A stretch of 63,853 bases of DNA, the filler included, from Reticulomyxa filosa (lineage: Eukaryota; Protista; Foraminifera), in NCBI GenBank assembly GCA_000512085.1. It is 18 parts of 18 records of this genome, joined end to end, with 100 filler letters (N's around TTAATTAATTAA, not from the genome) between each part and the next. Parts side by side here need not be neighbours in the genome. Positions count along the whole stretch, not along the records: positions 62,194 to 63,853 come from ASPP01029654.1; 17 more parts are not named here. One strand, written 5' to 3'. The translations under genes were made by a program, and so were the position numbers. The notes beneath the pieces are model-generated. The model did no database searches. It saw nothing but the letters and a program-made list of their open reading frames with translations, and was not told the DNA's origin. Positions 62,194 to 63,853 of the stretch are shown piece by piece (position 1 is the stretch's first letter; every line of letters starts with the position of its first letter).

Positions 62194-63204
62194 CAGGAAC
62201 AAGAACAGGAACAGGAACAAGAACAGGGACACATAGCTACAATAATCCTTTTCAAGGTCAGCAAGAAGGAGGCCTCATGCGTGATAAATCCTCCTCTTCG
62301 TCTCTCACGACGGCCAACAAGCATGGACTGCCATCGGACGACAGCCACGCCGAAATTGCAATGGCGAATGGCCCACCATCTGCGCAAGACGTTATTTGTG
62401 ATGCAAATGTGGTGAACAACACGGCCCTTTGGACCAATGTGCCGATCGTGCGTTCCATCTGTGGAAGTCAACAGTCTGCACTGCCATTGGCACGCTCGGA
62501 GGAAAGGACGGATGTGATCTCACTCGATCGAAACCACTCTCTGCCATCTTCCTTGAGCAATGCCGAGGAAGCCAATGTCTTTGCTGGCGATGATCGCCAT
62601 CACAATGGCAATGACAACATTGATGGAAATCACATGATGACAATGGTGATAGACAAGAATGACGCAACGACAGAACACGATCACGCCAATAACATCAATA
62701 GTGCTAATGGCGTTAGTAATGTCAGCAATGTCCATTATGTTACGATAGACACTGTCGACTTGGCACAGCTACGCAAAATGGCACTCCAATCCTTGCAGGC
62801 AAACCAGAAAAACAATGGCAGCAGCGCAGTCTCCATGATCGCTACTGATCATAATGTCGACGAACAACAGCAACTCGTAACAAATAACGCAAATGCAAAT
62901 GAAGATAAAGATGAAGATGAAGATGAAGATGAAGATGAAAATGAAGATGAGCATGGAAAAACCAATGAAATATTCACAACAATGGATAACTCCAAAGCCA
63001 CACAAGTTGCTATGGTCGACCGCAATGACACCCATGTCAATCCATTCGAGTCATCTTCGGCAGTCATGGAAGAGTGTGAACCACAACGCCAACAAAGTCA
63101 GGCTGATCATGACATAGATGTGGACGTGGATGTAGATATGTATTTGCCTGACAAAAGTAATGGCAATTCCAATAACAGTAATAAGCATAACAATAACAAT
63201 AACG

Positions 63205-63241
<37 letters not shown>

Positions 63242-63853
63242 TAATAATAATAATAATAATGGCAATGATACCAAGGTCACAAAGGCTTCAAAACACATTC
63301 AAAAAAAGCGGGGAAATATGACCACACAATTGCGTCCGTCGTCCTCCACCAAAACACCACTTTCTCGGACACATCTGGAGATTGTCCATTTGGCCTTTTT
63401 GTTGCAAAATGTGTTGGTTTGAAGCATTTTTTCTTTTTTTTTTTTTTTTAATTTTGTTTTTTATTTGTTTATGTCGTGTTTGCAAATTGTCATACTCATG
63501 TGCATTTGGCTTTTAATTATTACCATTGGATCTTTCTCATTCTATTTTTATATACGTATACATATGTACATATTTCTTTGTTGTTGGAATTTAAAAGCAA
63601 GCAATGGCAGTGAAGCGAAATGAGCTGTTTGAACTCCAATGGGAAGGATTCAAATTGCAACGCCAAATCATTTCAAAAGTGGATACGATAGGGTTGGGCC
63701 ATTACATTCGAGAAATTATGAAGCAAATCAGTCCCATGCTATACGTTCCAGACCGATTTTTCAACGACCCGCAAAATGCAGCTACAGAAACCGATGTGCA
63801 TCCCTCCGATTCTAATATCCCGGATGTCCTTATAGATACCTTATCATATCCAA
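62194..63853 (+). CDS. Hypothetical protein fragment with Asn/Asp/Glu low-complexity region followed by a globular exon
   Basis: 381-aa ORF, an intron at about 63411-63596, then an open exon (AMAVKRNELFELQWEGFKLQRQ...) to the window end. Confidence 0.6.

Noticed and set aside
8681-63298. Numerous poly-I/L/M/V/Y ORFs (e.g. 8877-9731, 20980-21447, 43516-44085, 43613-44089, 62893-63117)
   Set aside because: They are antisense or off-frame shadows of trinucleotide-repeat regions in real genes.
1-63853. A single immune gene cluster (RNF213-like, NACHT, NTase-SAM, SAM-RING, GTPase-like)
   Set aside because: These genes lie on different contigs, so their co-occurrence in this window is an artefact of concatenation.

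Overview
This window is not one locus. It is 18 unrelated assembly contigs joined by 17 artificial 100-bp linkers (44 N + TTAATTAATTAA + 44 N), so only within-contig neighbourhoods are meaningful. Seventeen contigs are AT-rich, intron-rich eukaryotic DNA with poly-A/T and (TA)n introns, Asn/Asp/Glu runs and decayed WD40/NACHT genes. The style suggests a foraminiferan such as Reticulomyxa filosa (inference). One contig (47202-48252) is GC-rich bacterial DNA with the left part of an IS3-family element. Recognisable genes: an RNF213/mysterin-like E3 fragment, an RCC1-repeat protein, a damaged PEX5, FCP1 CTD phosphatase, PP4R3/SMEK, an XK-family protein, the 5' part of PABP, an Sds3-like protein, an intronless cytochrome P450, FHIT, a SAM-RING protein and a Cys/His-rich repeat protein. 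The best candidate for an undescribed system is a multi-exon gene (53571->56695) fusing a RelA/SpoT-like nucleotidyltransferase to a SAM domain, a coiled coil and at least two tandem 'WKDQGWGN...GGGH' domains, directly downstream of a FHIT-type nucleotide hydrolase. Other highlights are an RNF213-like RZ finger with Ser at the catalytic-Cys position and two tandem covarying structured-RNA candidates at 50576-50740. All family calls come from motif recognition by eye; no searches were run.
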